Source: Verrucomicrobiota bacterium
Lineage (GTDB): Bacteria > Verrucomicrobiota > Verrucomicrobiia > Limisphaerales > AAA164-E04
NCBI GenBank assembly: GCA_047947115.1
Contig: CP170459.1
Location: 2,592,001-2,656,000 of the forward strand
Length of the DNA stretch: 64,000 bases
Direction of reading: 5' to 3'
In this document: positions 61,368-64,000 of the stretch, in pieces
Position numbering within the stretch: the stretch's first letter is position 1
Layout: each line of letters starts with the position of its first letter
Made by a program: the position numbers and the translations under genes
Notes under the pieces: model-generated
The model's database searches: none
What the model was told of the DNA's origin: nothing
What the model saw: the letters and a program-made list of their open reading frames with translations, nothing else

Positions 61368-61739
61368 ATGAATCAGGAACTGTTAAAAAAAGTTGAAGCG
61401 AGCAGTCTTCGCAAGGAGCCTCTGAATTTTTCCGTTGGCGACACAGTCAAGGTCCACGTGAAAGTGGTGGAAGGCGACAAGGAGCGTATTCAGGTTTTTG
61501 CGGGTATCGTCATCGGTCGCCGTGGTACGGGCGTGAATGAATCCTTCACGGTTCGCCGTATCAGCTACGGAGAAGGCGTGGAACGTGTGTTTCCCGTTCA
61601 TTCTCCTCGCGTAGACAAAGTTGAAGTGGAACGCTATGGCGCGGTGCGTCGAGCCAAGCTGAACTACCTGCGGGATCGAATTGGTAAAGCCGCTATGCTA
61701 GTCAAAGAAAAAGACATGCGTCAGCGTAAGAAAAAGTGA
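61368..61739 (+). CDS. rplS: 50S ribosomal protein L19
   Basis: [34 protein letters not shown]. Confidence 0.96.
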   Translation: MNQELLKKVEASSLRKEPLNFSVGDTVKVHVKVVEGDKERIQVFAGIVIGRRGTGVNESFTVRRISYGEGVERVFPVHSPRVDKVEVERYGAVRRAKLNYLRDRIGKAAMLVKEKDMRQRKKK

Positions 61740-61955
61740 TCCCTTGATCAGGAAGCCGGGAGGGATTCATGGGGCCGTCTGAAGAGTGTGTTTTTACATC
61801 TTCCGACGACCGGTCATAAAAAGATGATGAATCCCCTAAAAAAAGGTGGTAATTCCAAAATGCTTTGTTAGATTCCACCGCTCCAACGGAACCTCCGCCT
61901 TCGGATTAGAGGCGGCAGGATCTTTGGAAAAGGTTGAATAACATCGACTAGACCT

Positions 61956-62591
61956 GTGACTACCAATAAAAAAACAGTCAAGAAAACGACCCGTAAGAAT
62001 GCGTCATCCGGTACTGTGGCTGCAGCGACAACTGCCGCCATCCTTGGGATTCCCATCGCAGACGACGAGTCAGATGCATCCGCGAAATCCAAGGTGAAAA
62101 CCTGGAGTTCGACCAAAGTCAAACCTCAATGGGCCAAATACTACAAAACGCTCCTTGAGCTACATGAACGTTTGATGATGCAGATGGATGGATTGGCCAA
62201 GGAATCCGCTGAAGAAATGCAAAGCTATAGCTTGCATATGGCAGATTCCGGAACGGATAATTTTGACAGAGACTTTGCTCTCAGCCTCCTGTCGTCTGAC
62301 CAGGATGCGATATATGAAATTGAGGAAGCATTGCGTCGAATCGAAAAAGAGACATACGGTGTTTGCGAGTTGACCGGAAAATCCATTCCCAAGGCGCGAC
62401 TGGAAGCGATTCCCTGGACGCGTTTTACCGTGGAAGCTCAAATGCAAATGGAAAAGGATGGAATTGCCCGTCAACGCCGACTCGGAACACTTGGCTCGGT
62501 GGACTCCACCGGAGCCACCTCAGTCTTGGATTCCTCCTCGGATGACCTCGATTCTTCTGACAACAAATCTAATAGTAGAGATAAGGACTAA
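61956..62591 (+). CDS. TraR/DksA family regulator with degenerate zinc finger
   Basis: HMADSGTD coiled-coil tip; [31 protein letters not shown]. Confidence 0.85.
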   Translation: MTTNKKTVKKTTRKNASSGTVAAATTAAILGIPIADDESDASAKSKVKTWSSTKVKPQWAKYYKTLLELHERLMMQMDGLAKESAEEMQSYSLHMADSGTDNFDRDFALSLLSSDQDAIYEIEEALRRIEKETYGVCELTGKSIPKARLEAIPWTRFTVEAQMQMEKDGIARQRRLGTLGSVDSTGATSVLDSSSDDLDSSDNKSNSRDKD

Positions 62592-62596
62592 ACATC

Positions 62597-62764
62597 ATGC
62601 CACGCGAAATCGTCACCATTGAATGTACTGAAGCACGCAAGGAAGGTAAACCGCCCTCCCGATACATGACCACCCGTAACAAAAAACTGCAAACCGAAAA
62701 AGTGGAGAAGAAGAAATACAATCCATTCCTCCGCCGCCACACCGTTCACCGGGAGATTAAGTAG
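62597..62764 (+). CDS. rpmG: 50S ribosomal protein L33
   Basis: Below the ORF-track cutoff; manual translation [55 protein letters not shown]. Confidence 0.93.
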   Translation: MPREIVTIECTEARKEGKPPSRYMTTRNKKLQTEKVEKKKYNPFLRRHTVHREIK

Positions 62765-62795
62765 GATCGCAGCGTAAATACCTGATTTAAACATT

Positions 62796-63050
62796 ATGCC
62801 ACGTAAGAATAACAAGGACAAAGGACGCCGCAACGAACCCGGACGTTATCCTGCACGTACACCACGTCCAAAACCCGTTGTGGACTTTACCATTGATCAG
62901 TTGGTCCCTAGCAATGTCGATTTGCTGCGCCGTTATGTGACCGAACAGGGCAAGATTTTGCCTCGCAAATACACCGGTCTTCCTGCTCCATTTCAGCGTC
63001 GACTCAGCCGCACCATCAAGCAGGCTCGTCAGATGCTGTTAATGAAGTAG
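62796..63050 (+). CDS. rpsR: 30S ribosomal protein S18
   Basis: [19 protein letters not shown]...[12 protein letters not shown]; follows rpmG. Confidence 0.93.
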   Translation: MPRKNNKDKGRRNEPGRYPARTPRPKPVVDFTIDQLVPSNVDLLRRYVTEQGKILPRKYTGLPAPFQRRLSRTIKQARQMLLMK

Positions 63051-63081
63051 TAGGTTAGGTCCCCAAAGGATTTTCACCACA

Positions 63082-63109
63082 GCGCCACGGTTTACACCGT
63101 GGCGTTTTT
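63082..63109 (+). terminator. Rho-independent terminator after rpsR
   Basis: CGCCACGGT-TTAC-ACCGTGGCG followed by TTTTT. Confidence 0.82.
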
Positions 63110-63366
63110 GCGCGTACAAATCTGGAAAGGTCGCCCGGACCAGCCTTTCCCGCGACTGCGTGAATACTGGTCCGTCCACGGGCGATGGCGATGTGGATAA
63201 GGGGTGCTCGAATACAGCAGGCTTTCCGAACCGCGGACGTGTTGGATTCCAGGTGCCACAAGGATTACTCGTCGGGCAAGGCACGCGGTACCCGGTGGCT
63301 GCGTCAAGTTGACCGGATAGGCTGTCCGTCCACGGGCAATGGGGATGTGGGTGAAAAAAAGCTGAA

Positions 63367-64000
63367 TCAATCAGATTGACTTAAGCGTTTTACGGGCTTC
63401 TCGTACATCATCCGATGCGCTTCTTCCAGTATGCTTGGGATTCGATCCTTAAAGGGACTTTTTTCCAGTAGGTGTGCCCATTCGGATGCCTGTTTTGGTA
63501 AATGGGAAACGTTTTGTCCCGGGAACCAGTGCTCGGCGTTGCCCAACAGGTTGTAGCGCATTTTACCCCACCCGACGATGTCCAGTGACTTGGCATAAGT
63601 CCATAAACGAAGGATTTCTACCAAGTTGACCTCGCCCGGCATATCCACATATTCAGGCAAACCTTGCGACCAGGTTTTGGACCAATCCTCTCCCAGCACT
63701 CGATTCATTTCAAGCCGTAGCGCTTTTTCTATGGGGGCCATCGTTTCCTTGGCGTTGTCGTAATGTTCCAGTGATCGAATATGTTCATCAAAATCACTTG
63801 GACGCGCAGCCCCGACACTCAATGTGTGGACTTCGGGTCGTGCCAGACAATAAAGATTGTTGAAGGCCATGGGTGATAGAGGGTCGCATAGGCCAACCAG
63901 TTTTGCAGGGGGCTCATAGAGCATACCTCCTTTGTCGTTTGGACTAATGATGAATACCCCCATATCCCGTTCTGTGGCCGCTTCCACCGCAGGCCAGTTC
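63367..64000 (-). CDS. Aldo/keto reductase family protein, C-terminal part (start outside window)
   Basis: [46 protein letters not shown]. Confidence 0.8.
   Translation of the reverse strand, partial: NWPAVEAATERDMGVFIISPNDKGGMLYEPPAKLVGLCDPLSPMAFNNLYCLARPEVHTLSVGAARPSDFDEHIRSLEHYDNAKETMAPIEKALRLEMNRVLGEDWSKTWSQGLPEYVDMPGEVNLVEILRLWTYAKSLDIVGWGKMRYNLLGNAEHWFPGQNVSHLPKQASEWAHLLEKSPFKDRIPSILEEAHRMMYEKPVKRLSQSD

Overview
Bacterial chromosome window, most likely Verrucomicrobiota/PVC (PSD1 cytochrome c protein, H-X9-DG prepilin-type protein, CotH/lamin-tail protein, C-terminal 'FFR/FFK' sorting-like tails). Core genes lie on both flanks: a periplasmic redox/sugar cluster and pyrE on the left; cysI-H-C-D-N, rpsP-KH-trmD-rplS, dksA-like, rpmG and rpsR on the right. 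The centre is a ~39.5-kb integrative element inserted in tRNA-Leu(CAG), bounded by a perfect 31-bp direct repeat (10913-10943 / 50400-50430), with an intact tyrosine integrase at the right end. The element's backbone carries a compact candidate replication module: an AlpA/Xis-like gene, an unknown protein translationally coupled to a phage-type family A DNA polymerase (exonuclease plus polymerase), an AT-rich tract with four 22-bp iteron-like repeats, a winged-helix protein, a dif-like site and a second tyrosine recombinase. I recognise no primase, helicase, conjugation or virion genes. This PolA/iteron replicon is the best candidate for an undescribed system. The cargo is a cell-surface module (CRTAC1/ASPIC-UnbV, TPR, S74 fibre protein, two giant repeat adhesins, and a gene sharing an inverted C-terminal paralogous block with one adhesin) plus nested IS debris (IS4, IS21, IS3/IS630, IS1634). 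All family assignments are from motif recognition only; no searches were run.
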